IMG/VR virus record: IMGVR_UViG_3300030433_003096
Span: 1 to 35,503 of that record
Strand: one strand, 5' to 3'
Origin: a virus
Lineage: Duplodnaviria > Caudoviricetes
DNA length: 35,503 bases
Part shown: piece by piece, positions 20,901 to 28,807 of the stretch
Layout of the letters: each line of letters begins with the position of its first letter
How positions within the stretch are numbered: the stretch's first letter is position 1
Program-made: the position numbers and the translations under genes
The notes under the pieces: model-generated
What the model was told of the DNA's origin: nothing
Database searches by the model: none
Seen by the model: the letters and a program-made list of their open reading frames with translations, nothing else

Positions 20901-23900
20901 CTATCTTATCTCCTCCGTGGAAATAGTCTGTCACTGTTATCGCTGTATTTCCAGATGCTCCGACAGTGTTTTGAGTTAATGTTAAAACTCCACCAGACTC
21001 AGATACAGTAATTACACTATTAGCAGTTCCTTGATTATGCCCATTTGCATGATTTATAGCATTCTGCAATTCTTGTGCAATTTGACTTTTGGTAGTCATT
21101 CCATTTACTTGGACTATGATAAAAATTCCACTGACCACCGTACCAGTTGCACCCGCTGTACCATCAGAGTCGAACAAGTATGTGTCACTATCTGCTGGCA
21201 AACCACCATTAGCAGAAAGAATCTGGACTTGGATTGCATCGTAATCAGAGTCAGTGTCACTAGTAAACGTTATTGTTCCTGTTGCACCTGTTGTATCTGC
21301 CGATGGGTTTAACGGCGCATGCCCAAACTCCCAATCATAAAGAAGTTCATTGATGCCATGAGCACAATTTTCAATGTCATTTATCTTGTTCTCTAAAGTT
21401 GGAAATTTAGATTGATATTTTCCAGACCTATCAAGCATGTGGTCCTCTACAATATTTCTAACTCCCGGTAAATTTGCAGAAACTGGTACCAGTTGCTCTA
21501 CCATTTTAGATATTGATTCATCTAACCATTTGTAATAATTTAAATACTTTTCTAAATCTGGAGTATTTCCTACTGTGTTGAAGAAAAGACTTCTTATTTT
21601 TTCCATGGACTTATAATTTAATCTGTATCTATTAACTGGGTCGCCGATCAAATTGTCCATTGAACTTGCCTGTTTTGAGGCATAAAAAAAGTTTACCATT
21701 TCTTCAGAAATGGTTTGATACATGCTTTTTTCTAAAGCAAACAAAAATTTTACTGGCTGCGTGTTCTTTGTAAACGTTAAATCATCTGTCGTCGCCACAT
21801 TTATCATGTTCGAGTTATTAATATTTTCAGGTAGTTGCTGTTTATAAGCCTGCAAATATTCACGAGATATGGATCCAGTATCATTTGCTTGGAATCCAAA
21901 CCCTCTTGCATCATGATTAGATTCCAAAAGGTTACTTAAGTCTGGTCCTTTGTCCCATTGCTGAAACTTTTCATCTTGATTAATTGTGTAACTACTGTCT
22001 TTGACTATAAAATGCCCATTACCATCAGAGCCTGTAACTGTATCAAACTCCCAATTTAAAGCCAAAGTTTTTATTCTTGGGACTTGCATTGCAGGATTAT
22101 ATTTTGTCACAAAGAAATATGCATTCTTTTCTGGGTTTTTGACGCCAAATGACAGTGGATCAATAGCATGAGATTTTAATTCATCACTATCAATATTATC
22201 CGCCCAATATCTGCAAGATGAAACCAGAACATCAGACATTTCTCTTACTGAGCCAGTGAAATTTGTTCTATGAGCCCCAACGTATAACCTTTTCTTTTGA
22301 GTTATAAAATTTTCACCATCTGCATGCGATATAGATCCAGTTGCCAAAAAGTGATTTAGAACAATATCAGATATAACACTATATCCTTCAAATTCTACGT
22401 CATACTCTTTGCCAATCGAGCCAGTTATTACAGGACTTTCACTAACATTTAGATATCCTTTTGGCTTAACTCTTACAGCAAAATTCCATTTTGTATCTTG
22501 GTATTGATCAAAGTATAAACTACTTGTTAATTCAGGAAGCACTAAATTATAACTCTTAAGTATAAATTTTACACTCCTAGACGCCTCTTTATCTTGGTCT
22601 GCTGTATCAGAAGCAGCGTATACTTGAAAGTTAGCATAATCATTACTGTCCCAAGTCATGACGGTTTGATCATCGCCATCGGCTTCTGGGTCTATCTTTG
22701 CCGAGTGCATACCGAACATAGAAGAAGACAATGCGGCAAAATAGGAATTTTGATAATTTGGGGAACCTATAGGTGGTTTTTTAGGTAATATCACCTCTGA
22801 TTCGACAGTCATTGCCATTCCACGATCAAAACCTGTTGTTGTGTTAAGACTACCAGTTATAAACCCTGTATTGTCAGTTTCTAAATTGTTTTTGTACGTG
22901 TGCACTGTAGCCGTGTTTCTGTCAACATGATTAAAGTCGGCATATGTTTTTCTTACTGTTTTATCAACAAAATTATTGTTTAACGTGTACTCTGCATTGT
23001 CAGCGTACATATTAATTTTATAAATTTCTTGATCAATACCAAAACATCTAATCAAATTTCTTATAGACTTTGCTGTTCCCTTAGACTTGTTAATAAATGC
23101 TAAGTTATTGTATATGTTCTGATAAATATAATTTTTTACATCATATAATTTTCTTTCAAACTCTCTGTTATCATCACGATGAGTCAAAGACGCAACAACA
23201 TCGGTATCCGCAAATATTTCTGGTGCTATAAAACCAGCATTTGTTAGCAGTTTTGAAGCAAACGGAAGTGGCTTGGGTCCAATGCCAGAATTAATGCTGC
23301 TGCTTAAGTACCTTAGCGTTTTTGTTTTCTGCATCTCTTCGATTTGCAAATGAAGAGTATCAAAGTAACTTGCCATTATTTGAGACAACTTGTATGCAGA
23401 CCCGCCGTCTTCCTCCTGAATCCAAGCAGGTAGGGTCTGGAACAGCAGTGTTGTATTTCTATAATCCCATTCCTCTCCTTTTTGCATAGCGGAGGTTTTA
23501 TATGAAGATACACTAGGATGATTAGGGTATATAATTGGGTCTTTAAATTCTCTATCTGCTGCTGATGCCTCTACAATCGCTGATCCTGTTTCTCTACTTG
23601 TTGCACTATAACCAACATATGTACCATTGGACACACGTCCAGAATAATCTAAAACTGTTTGGTCAATATTATTATTTCCTGTTATTCCTTCATTAAATTT
23701 GAAATAAAATCCCAGATCTGTATTTGATGTATCAGTATTTGTACCAGCACCAATTTGTGTAAACCAGTTTGTTCCTATTTGCTTTTCTGTTCTTGCAACT
23801 TTCCAAAATCTAAATTCATCGACGGATGCACTATTGTTTGCAAAGCCATTAAAATTTGTTATTGATGGAGTTTGTGCTAAAGCAGCGCCTTTAACATCCT

Positions 23901-24987
23901 CTGTTGGGTAGTTAAGATAAGCGTTAATATTTGCGTTAATACCGCCAGCAGAAGAGCCTGTAACCTCCGCTACGGATGATCCAGTTAAAATGCTATCAAC
24001 TAAGTTACCATTAAAAAATGTTTTAATTAATAATCCCTTATCCGAATCTGGGTTTCCACTGTTTTTAACCGTTACCGCATAGTGATTCCAAGAATTTGGC
24101 ATGAAAGATATGTCTGATAAGGAAAAAATTGGGACTCGCTGGGCTCCTCCGCTTGTACCAGACATATATGTGAAGTGCAGCAAAGAATTATCTATTACGT
24201 TGCCATTACGACTAATTCGTGACTCCAGCATTATACGACCATAACTTGCACTTTCTATCTGCGTATTTTGTGTATTGTCACTGTTCCAAACATCAAATAG
24301 GCACCTTGTATGGTTTATTTGTTCATGAGAATTGAGCCAAAACTCGATTGTATTTCCAATTTCACCATCAATAGTGATATTTTTTCCTCTATTTTTTGCA
24401 ATATCATAGAAATTTGCTTTATGCTCTGGATTTTTATAATCTGTTGGCTTATTTGAATCTTGTTCGTATATTGGTAAAGAAGCCTCATTTGGACCCCCTT
24501 GAGCACTAATATATTGTGGTGTTGTTGCAATTCCATAATTTTCATCAGTCGCACCAAGACCAGTCGAAAAACTGTCAGCATATCCTCCGCTGCCGGTCCT
24601 TTCGAACATAACATATCCATTTGTCCTTGGATATTCTGTTTCAAAAATGTAATTATCTAAATAAGATGAAGATAAAGACCATTCAATTTTTTCTTTCTTC
24701 GATCCATCATAAGGATAAGTTTTATAAATTCTTTCGATAGATGTTTTGTAATATTCTTCGGCCGAACCATATTTTGCAAAGTTCTCCGGTCTAGAAAAAT
24801 CTATGGTGGGTATAACTCTCTCTTTGTTTGAAAGTTCCTGTCTGATATAATCAGCAGACTCTACTTCATTGCCCAGAGAATCCATGCTAGATGAGGGCAA
24901 GAATTTTGATGGGTTTATTCCTTGTTTCTTATTTTTATCAAACAAAGAACTCAATCCACTAATATTTTTGTCTCCGTGCTTTGTCAT
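14968..24987 (-). CDS. Giant baseplate wedge protein (P2 gpI/T4 gp7-like core) with LamG/ConA-like domains (3339 aa)
   Basis: LamG-like 1 (~23620-24360): TIEFWL..WNHYAVT..FFNGNL..DEFRFWK.AR..FYFKFNEG..DYSG. gpI-like core (~23030-23445): LPAWIQEED..YFDTL..KSKGTAKSIRNLIRCFG. LamG-like 2 at ~22040-22815. Located downstream of gp25 and gp6. Confidence 0.72.
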   Translation of the reverse strand: MTKHGDKNISGLSSLFDKNKKQGINPSKFLPSSSMDSLGNEVESADYIRQELSNKERVIPTIDFSRPENFAKYGSAEEYYKTSIERIYKTYPYDGSKKEKIEWSLSSSYLDNYIFETEYPRTNGYVMFERTGSGGYADSFSTGLGATDENYGIATTPQYISAQGGPNEASLPIYEQDSNKPTDYKNPEHKANFYDIAKNRGKNITIDGEIGNTIEFWLNSHEQINHTRCLFDVWNSDNTQNTQIESASYGRIMLESRISRNGNVIDNSLLHFTYMSGTSGGAQRVPIFSLSDISFMPNSWNHYAVTVKNSGNPDSDKGLLIKTFFNGNLVDSILTGSSVAEVTGSSAGGINANINAYLNYPTEDVKGAALAQTPSITNFNGFANNSASVDEFRFWKVARTEKQIGTNWFTQIGAGTNTDTSNTDLGFYFKFNEGITGNNNIDQTVLDYSGRVSNGTYVGYSATSRETGSAIVEASAADREFKDPIIYPNHPSVSSYKTSAMQKGEEWDYRNTTLLFQTLPAWIQEEDGGSAYKLSQIMASYFDTLHLQIEEMQKTKTLRYLSSSINSGIGPKPLPFASKLLTNAGFIAPEIFADTDVVASLTHRDDNREFERKLYDVKNYIYQNIYNNLAFINKSKGTAKSIRNLIRCFGIDQEIYKINMYADNAEYTLNNNFVDKTVRKTYADFNHVDRNTATVHTYKNNLETDNTGFITGSLNTTTGFDRGMAMTVESEVILPKKPPIGSPNYQNSYFAALSSSMFGMHSAKIDPEADGDDQTVMTWDSNDYANFQVYAASDTADQDKEASRSVKFILKSYNLVLPELTSSLYFDQYQDTKWNFAVRVKPKGYLNVSESPVITGSIGKEYDVEFEGYSVISDIVLNHFLATGSISHADGENFITQKKRLYVGAHRTNFTGSVREMSDVLVSSCRYWADNIDSDELKSHAIDPLSFGVKNPEKNAYFFVTKYNPAMQVPRIKTLALNWEFDTVTGSDGNGHFIVKDSSYTINQDEKFQQWDKGPDLSNLLESNHDARGFGFQANDTGSISREYLQAYKQQLPENINNSNMINVATTDDLTFTKNTQPVKFLFALEKSMYQTISEEMVNFFYASKQASSMDNLIGDPVNRYRLNYKSMEKIRSLFFNTVGNTPDLEKYLNYYKWLDESISKMVEQLVPVSANLPGVRNIVEDHMLDRSGKYQSKFPTLENKINDIENCAHGINELLYDWEFGHAPLNPSADTTGATGTITFTSDTDSDYDAIQVQILSANGGLPADSDTYLFDSDGTAGATGTVVSGIFIIVQVNGMTTKSQIAQELQNAINHANGHNQGTANSVITVSESGGVLTLTQNTVGASGNTAITVTDYFHGGDKIVSTGFGGGLHSNQDQNCFWWNKRVTRGDANLDTGNQGVDLDRATIHSASVQVLNRTLCSPIKLGIDRLALRQDLNKRQFIFAETPPATGKNISFSTASFSKPADCDDTEKINPQFKFKPQFKVEGDAVGSRFQGQMVSPVVFYSSSTANPNEDPTGYFRTAQHLQDYYSETKDVPMQGPFTEQHVGGYQYRHTGLNIGLASTRQEGWYTATSIVGGKTLFVIYNPSAIAAGHPRAGYSRDHIAKSYVNIKNIKNTTSSSNPGVGTTNDLGSSIALGNYSHDYEIVQIAGRSINNNYFVQNSGISTGSTASTSVSGLFDRTIPDRGQNKYVFVNRFSAPGGPETMGAGYLDVESESFSVYNALPYRNLAVRSPLRELLTKHSAFGGYDSVLGEPSASFHKTQRNGAKRLKISGEPDIGAHDGLGLDLITGSTFDNAFVQHMIPQSDLQYSWITASALTAPFGYAQPNPANASMASTDITFVSASDFGTFIDTSKLASGKPILGRPQDQAGENFYPQPFVALNSFAYADQTQLSENTISLRFNSDFVGATFVDGAVGGAEPPQGLNLQLLGFNGAGGFSSWKQVRQADNLLVKDMKKNNRISLLKVTASSITLDNGATIKLDQNVLHSYTEPPVSSKYKPIFQQLQLFNYKDSTGLGLGGDKINIKSSYGNNLVYFTLLNTRGIKNVLRSMTEIIGFQPEYEVQTYDNIKRIYLNSENDGYLLGLNPVKKASLISYREVVYPKESFTFLKKTRMREYYDEASGSDEFNRSLGKARTFWKDKPFDRLRSIGFASNSFGTPIDVGSFKTTSYENVIDLSCWPLDAFYPIVDIAPTGSDGAIQGISATGEGEGSLNLPATIDLKSRNGELSYGNWIYNLYRVPMQGLGASEPSTLSSSSPPTASLSYEYTNFALSGSDPNNGNDSYTIAHMSLIPEWTANLTSSRNPWFNSYDEYSNDIRRIGKDYTVLPEFKISEHMEYYLNKGLTNGKFSGLPPVNLKYLDLPGASLDNTSSATTEAGNSSDINKEFYKIYSHSDFLKHFEVIREDHVDSEVTADNHIYYPSKIKLKCKAIKKLLPYQGFYPALRTVQLGQMFSSSFAPYTTGSYDKFSAEGETGHTEAQKVAALMQPFFAPGIMFNTIKSGIAVDWPVITASVASMDPPESSNGIVGTYGYRAGGVCNFEPHWRLPFEALYAPNQNLPSINENQNEELGDRPDAKIFHIWNNYMSGGTGDFLGQSSHARRYSNPGSEEFVDWWSPSGEEKPSPNFAWTGEFKEEYNLAMNNFLAESVDFFLHEGKLSNFVSKPQKDFKTMRSGTVYQMDVILRKTDGFKMYEGPDRLFLNATRNTASNGGSGASFTGSVGCRGMHYGPYFVSNGDMNARMELKQEIILKQLGDPGNAPYTPPYFYGDAVARIAFRPHIARPNMDVGESDKFTLSEIFAGADIQTFYFNKNQHSNGVFQYKQIKDPITGEDAYGLENFASGTAAYRNQMQLDSSMNLFSRFANKNVSFAPFVDPTTGEVKFNPVGVSDFSEADNENDRWIMETKFECPVLDFSNHDILTTYSNGDGNERQLTTGMWRTFGSLPQANEGIILEIRDSAPQLVNATEAPVKTTDASIVDPRTGRVPTRGTSLVDITTVDGTFKIETTGSLIDVCGFDTKTSARRIGTMASSKKISEAIVAIPMNPDGSHVKISKQSFNMQLMNLKDHGVAVKAGDIEGLTIDIPETSISDMIKKMKKFIIPPQFDFLNNLSVRDDPNMGPFVMYIFDFSHELSRNDLSLIWQNMMPDISVTAEEETATIQHSVLTGDLDFFGVDPKFLLEQNAEQIPENRIFPKEMRWKVFKVKQRAKNNYEAIQTSKNGQNFGFDLELGELGTAYTMKSGFEKDYVYSYNWPYDFFSLVELAKIETDIKIKPRKLKSTVEESEESGVDIPTSDYPAIVLNEEITENLKSMSTPVSTNEKGGMVAVDKGKLPNFGLIDPSDI

Positions 24988-26528
24988 TATTCTTCAACCC
25001 TAAATTTAAACACCTCTGGCTGCTCTTCATACCTTCCACTAGTATAATATGCCAACTTTATTCCATATGCATACCCTTGCTCTAACAAGTCCATGCTCAA
25101 ATCAAAATAATTTCCAGAAATATCATAAGATAATCTTGTATATGAGCCTGCCGAGCCTGTTTGTTGTGGAGACACAGCAGAGCCTGTTCCGTAAGAAATA
25201 ACTTCTAAATCATCAACAATTCTAAACACTTTAAAATATGCATCTTCAACAATATAGTTTTCTATTTCTGTGCTGGCGACAGTATAAATTGTTGGACTCC
25301 AGTCCTTATCTCTAACATATAATCTAAATCTAGCATTTTCTGACCTAGAATAAGATGCTTTCAGGTTAGTAATTTTACTAACATAACTTGGGTTTGGACT
25401 AATATTCGATGCGTTGAAATTGAGAACATCAATGCCAGAGCCTGTATGGTATTGTGTGCCGCCTTTGTTCCAAACTGGGAAAACTGTTGTGACAGATGCG
25501 CTTTCTGGAGGATACACTAAACTTGCTGTATACACTCCACGAGATATCTTGCCGCCAACAGCAACGGTGTCACCGTCAGATGCTACTCCTGCTCCGGGAG
25601 GCAATGGCAAAGCATCGCCAGTTGGTGTGACGTTTAAGGCGGACCCTGAAAATAAGCTTACATCGATCACATTATTTGTCAAACCGGGGATATCTGTTAA
25701 TTGTCCTCTAATATAGTTGTACAAATACAAGGTATTAACATTGTCATCTGCCGGTGCCAATGCACTGCTTAAGTAGAAAGTTGCGGCACTGTCTTTTCTT
25801 GAAGAATCCCACCTTGCTTCAAGCACTGGTCTTTTAAAGAAATACTCACTAGATCTAGCAAAGAATTTTTTGGTGTAGTAGGATTGGGAGCCTGTTTCAT
25901 AACTACCTGATAATTTTACAAGAAATCCATATCTTGCCAAACCCGAGCCAGAGCCATGGAGCATTTGCTCAACCATATAGGAAACATCAATCTCTAGATC
26001 TTCCGTGCCGTCAGTGAACTGTTGTGCTCCAGTAGTACTTGAATCCCCTTCGCCGCCGGGAATTATATCGCCGCCCGGAGTTGTCCAGTTTGTACCAAGA
26101 GAAGAAACAGTCCAATTAGAACCAGTTAGTACGCCATATGTTTGATCTGTGTACTCATCCATATCAAGACCATCACCTTCTTGCCAAGAGGCTGAAAGAG
26201 GTTGGACTGATATTTGGAAATTTTTTGGCAGAGTTGATGCATGCCTAGCATTATATAGTTTTATATACCACGATACATTACCGCTGGCGGGGATTGTTGG
26301 CACACTTGCACTTCTGTCTGTTTCGATATCTGCAAAAGGAAAATTAATTAAAATTCTAGATTTTTCTGATGAAAGCCCAACAGAAGATGATGTTTGCCCC
26401 ACAATGTAAAAAGCCTCTAATACATCTGCTGCACCCATATTTGAACCCGTACCACGACCAGTTAGGTTTGATCTAAATGCATTTGTGATTGTATTATCAG
26501 CACTTGCTGTGTATCTATAAATTGCCAT
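24987..26528 (-). CDS. DNRLRE (CBM96-like) domain baseplate-associated protein
   Basis: ADNTIT..N.G..L..SRILINF..KLY..LSASWQEG..NW..WTTPGGD..IDVS.MV..YGFLVK..F.ARSS..RPVLE matches the DNRLRE pattern. TAATG overlaps at both ends. Confidence 0.65.
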   Translation of the reverse strand: MAIYRYTASADNTITNAFRSNLTGRGTGSNMGAADVLEAFYIVGQTSSSVGLSSEKSRILINFPFADIETDRSASVPTIPASGNVSWYIKLYNARHASTLPKNFQISVQPLSASWQEGDGLDMDEYTDQTYGVLTGSNWTVSSLGTNWTTPGGDIIPGGEGDSSTTGAQQFTDGTEDLEIDVSYMVEQMLHGSGSGLARYGFLVKLSGSYETGSQSYYTKKFFARSSEYFFKRPVLEARWDSSRKDSAATFYLSSALAPADDNVNTLYLYNYIRGQLTDIPGLTNNVIDVSLFSGSALNVTPTGDALPLPPGAGVASDGDTVAVGGKISRGVYTASLVYPPESASVTTVFPVWNKGGTQYHTGSGIDVLNFNASNISPNPSYVSKITNLKASYSRSENARFRLYVRDKDWSPTIYTVASTEIENYIVEDAYFKVFRIVDDLEVISYGTGSAVSPQQTGSAGSYTRLSYDISGNYFDLSMDLLEQGYAYGIKLAYYTSGRYEEQPEVFKFRVEE

Positions 26529-28336
26529 TATCTAACAGTCCCTACAATGTCTGAGTCTGGATATTTTATTTCAAAAATAACATTTTCTTTTGCCAGCAAC
26601 AATCTTCCATCAGGTGATGTATTTCCTTTAACATCATAAGAAAATGTAGAATATAAAGAGCCAAATTTTCTCTCAACTCCAATACTAACAATGTCCAATA
26701 TTCCGTCTACATTTTTTAATACTGAAAACATATCGCTAATTCTAACTGGTTCTCCAATATCATACTTGCTTCTGAGCAGTTCAAATTTTAAGGCGTCTAT
26801 AGCACTTTGCAAAACTTCAAACTTATTTTTTTCTTCTTGCGCTATTATATCCAAATTAATTTGCAAATTTACAACTCTTGCATCTAATATATCAATGGTA
26901 TCATTTATCATTTTATAGTTTGATAAATAAGTTTTTAAGTTTTCTTTTAAAGTATTTGTTGATTCAATGAGATTTCCATCAGCGTCTTCAGATATCACAT
27001 ATAAGTTCAAGTTTCTTTTGAATGAATCTTTGTCTTGAACTATGTTACATCTTTTAACTGCTCCAAATTTTGGGGGCATAGAGTAGACAACTGACTTGTA
27101 GTCTTCTGCTGTAACGGCTCTGTTTTGAGAAGAAAATGCACCATACGCTCTATACTTTATTTCTTGGCTTGTTGGAGCAGATACACCACCAATAATTGGT
27201 TTTTCATTTTCAAACTCTAAAGAACCTATCACGCTCGCAATTTTTTGCTGGGATAGTGATGCGACGTTTGCAAATGCAAAATTAGTGTCAGATACATTAG
27301 ACAAGGCATTCACGCCAATATTATTTATATTTATGCTATTTTTTCTGTATTGAATAGTCAGCGTAGTATTTGTTGGACAAACACCCATCTTATCCGTTTC
27401 AATCAAATTTGTCGGATCAAAACTTTCATCTGTTATGTAATCCTTTCCATTAACTTGTATTATAACTTTGTTTGGTTCACTTATAACTTCATTAGTTAAG
27501 TTTGTTTCAGATCCATATCCAAACTGCAAATAGTATTGATTGCTCAATTGTTCAAAAACAAATCTTCTTGGAACTTTTTTAGGCTTCAATATGCTAGGTA
27601 CTTCATCACTATCTGCACCTTTATTAATAATAGGAGTATAGATTACATCTTGTGTTAAATATTCTACTTCATAATATTCATTTCCAGAAGAATCAAACAC
27701 TGACACTATTTCAGTAATAAATTCATCCTGTATTAGTACTTTTCGGAACCTTTCAAAATCTCCAACGTCAACATTCTGAGTTTTTAGTTGTCCAGATATT
27801 ATTTGACCCTTTGCTTTAATTGCATACCCAGTTGGAACTCCAGTTGATGAATCGACTGTTGCAACAACGACTTCATTACTGAGTAGTGAAAAGTCGACAT
27901 CTTCGTTTAATGTGTATGAGCCACCTTGACCACCAGCAGAAAAAACTGCTCCTTTTTTTAATATTGGAGCATAGTCTAAGTCTGGCTGGACACCGTTAGT
28001 TGCGGCCGGAACAACAACGTACAAAGTTACCTCTCCGGATGATGCAGGTATGCCCTTGTATTTATACCCTAGTTGCCTTGCTAACTTCAGTATATTGTTT
28101 TCCTCAATACTAGTTTCTAAAAAAGACTCATTTACGTTGTAATCCATGTAAAAAGATAAAATATCTCCAACATAAGCAACAGTGTCAATCATAATTGAGC
28201 CAAAGGATGCCTCATTAAAGTCTTGATATGCGGTAGGGTAATACCTTTTTATGTGAGTGATTAAGTCATTCCTAATACTCTGGAAGTCTCTGCTCGTATA
28301 ATTTATTGGTACTACATCTTTTTTTTGAAATGGCAA
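26528..28336 (-). CDS. Baseplate wedge subunit, T4 gp6/Baseplate J-like
   Basis: NYTSRDFQSIRNDL..YQDFNEASFGSIMIDTVAYVGDILSFYMD..NESFL..A.QLGYK, LQFGYG, QNRAVTAEDYK. TTG start with AGGGAG RBS. Confidence 0.92.
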   Translation of the reverse strand: MPFQKKDVVPINYTSRDFQSIRNDLITHIKRYYPTAYQDFNEASFGSIMIDTVAYVGDILSFYMDYNVNESFLETSIEENNILKLARQLGYKYKGIPASSGEVTLYVVVPAATNGVQPDLDYAPILKKGAVFSAGGQGGSYTLNEDVDFSLLSNEVVVATVDSSTGVPTGYAIKAKGQIISGQLKTQNVDVGDFERFRKVLIQDEFITEIVSVFDSSGNEYYEVEYLTQDVIYTPIINKGADSDEVPSILKPKKVPRRFVFEQLSNQYYLQFGYGSETNLTNEVISEPNKVIIQVNGKDYITDESFDPTNLIETDKMGVCPTNTTLTIQYRKNSININNIGVNALSNVSDTNFAFANVASLSQQKIASVIGSLEFENEKPIIGGVSAPTSQEIKYRAYGAFSSQNRAVTAEDYKSVVYSMPPKFGAVKRCNIVQDKDSFKRNLNLYVISEDADGNLIESTNTLKENLKTYLSNYKMINDTIDILDARVVNLQINLDIIAQEEKNKFEVLQSAIDALKFELLRSKYDIGEPVRISDMFSVLKNVDGILDIVSIGVERKFGSLYSTFSYDVKGNTSPDGRLLLAKENVIFEIKYPDSDIVGTVR

Positions 28337-28355
28337 TGGTATATCTCCCTTAAAA

Positions 28356-28365
28356 CTAAATAGTT
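28356..28365 (-). promoter_or_regulatory. Candidate promoter motif AACTATTTAG
   Basis: Nine-base match (AACTATTTA) to the motif at 6029-6037, located in the gap upstream of the gp6-like RBS. Confidence 0.5.
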
Positions 28366-28383
28366 ACATAATAATTTAATGTT

Positions 28384-28794
28384 TTAATATTCGGTTAAAG
28401 TTATATTTAATATATCAGATACGCCAACAGACTGTATAAGGTAGGATATTGAAACACTCATTTTGTTTGCTGTATTAGAATCTGGTCTTAAGACATCTAC
28501 GTCCCCAAAAACTATTGATGCTGATGTTACTTGAACAAATGGCATGTATCTTAATACTTGCTGTCTAATATTTACTTTTATGTTTTTCTCTACTTCTGGA
28601 CCGTAATTTTGGAACAAGTAAGCCTTTAATCCGACGCCAAAGTTTGGATCCATTGTGCGTTCACCGGGAGCAGTTAACATTAAGCATTTTAAATTTTGTT
28701 GCACCGCTTGCCTGACGTTAACTAGCATATCATATCCAAACCGGTTGTTTGAATTTAGCGGAAGTCTTGGCGCTATTGTTTGTATCCGTGCCAT
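28384..28794 (-). CDS. Baseplate protein, T4 gp25/GPW-like (sheath nucleator)
   Basis: VQQNLKCLMLTAPGERTMDPNFGVGLKAYLFQ..IRQQVLRYMPFV is the gp25 signature. GAGGAG RBS. Confidence 0.93.
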   Translation of the reverse strand: MARIQTIAPRLPLNSNNRFGYDMLVNVRQAVQQNLKCLMLTAPGERTMDPNFGVGLKAYLFQNYGPEVEKNIKVNIRQQVLRYMPFVQVTSASIVFGDVDVLRPDSNTANKMSVSISYLIQSVGVSDILNITLTEY

Positions 28795-28807
28795 TATTGT
28801 GCTCCTC

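Noticed and set aside
28384-28794. Lysozyme activity for the gp25-like protein
   Set aside because: The lysozyme label on this family is a legacy annotation; the accepted role is structural.
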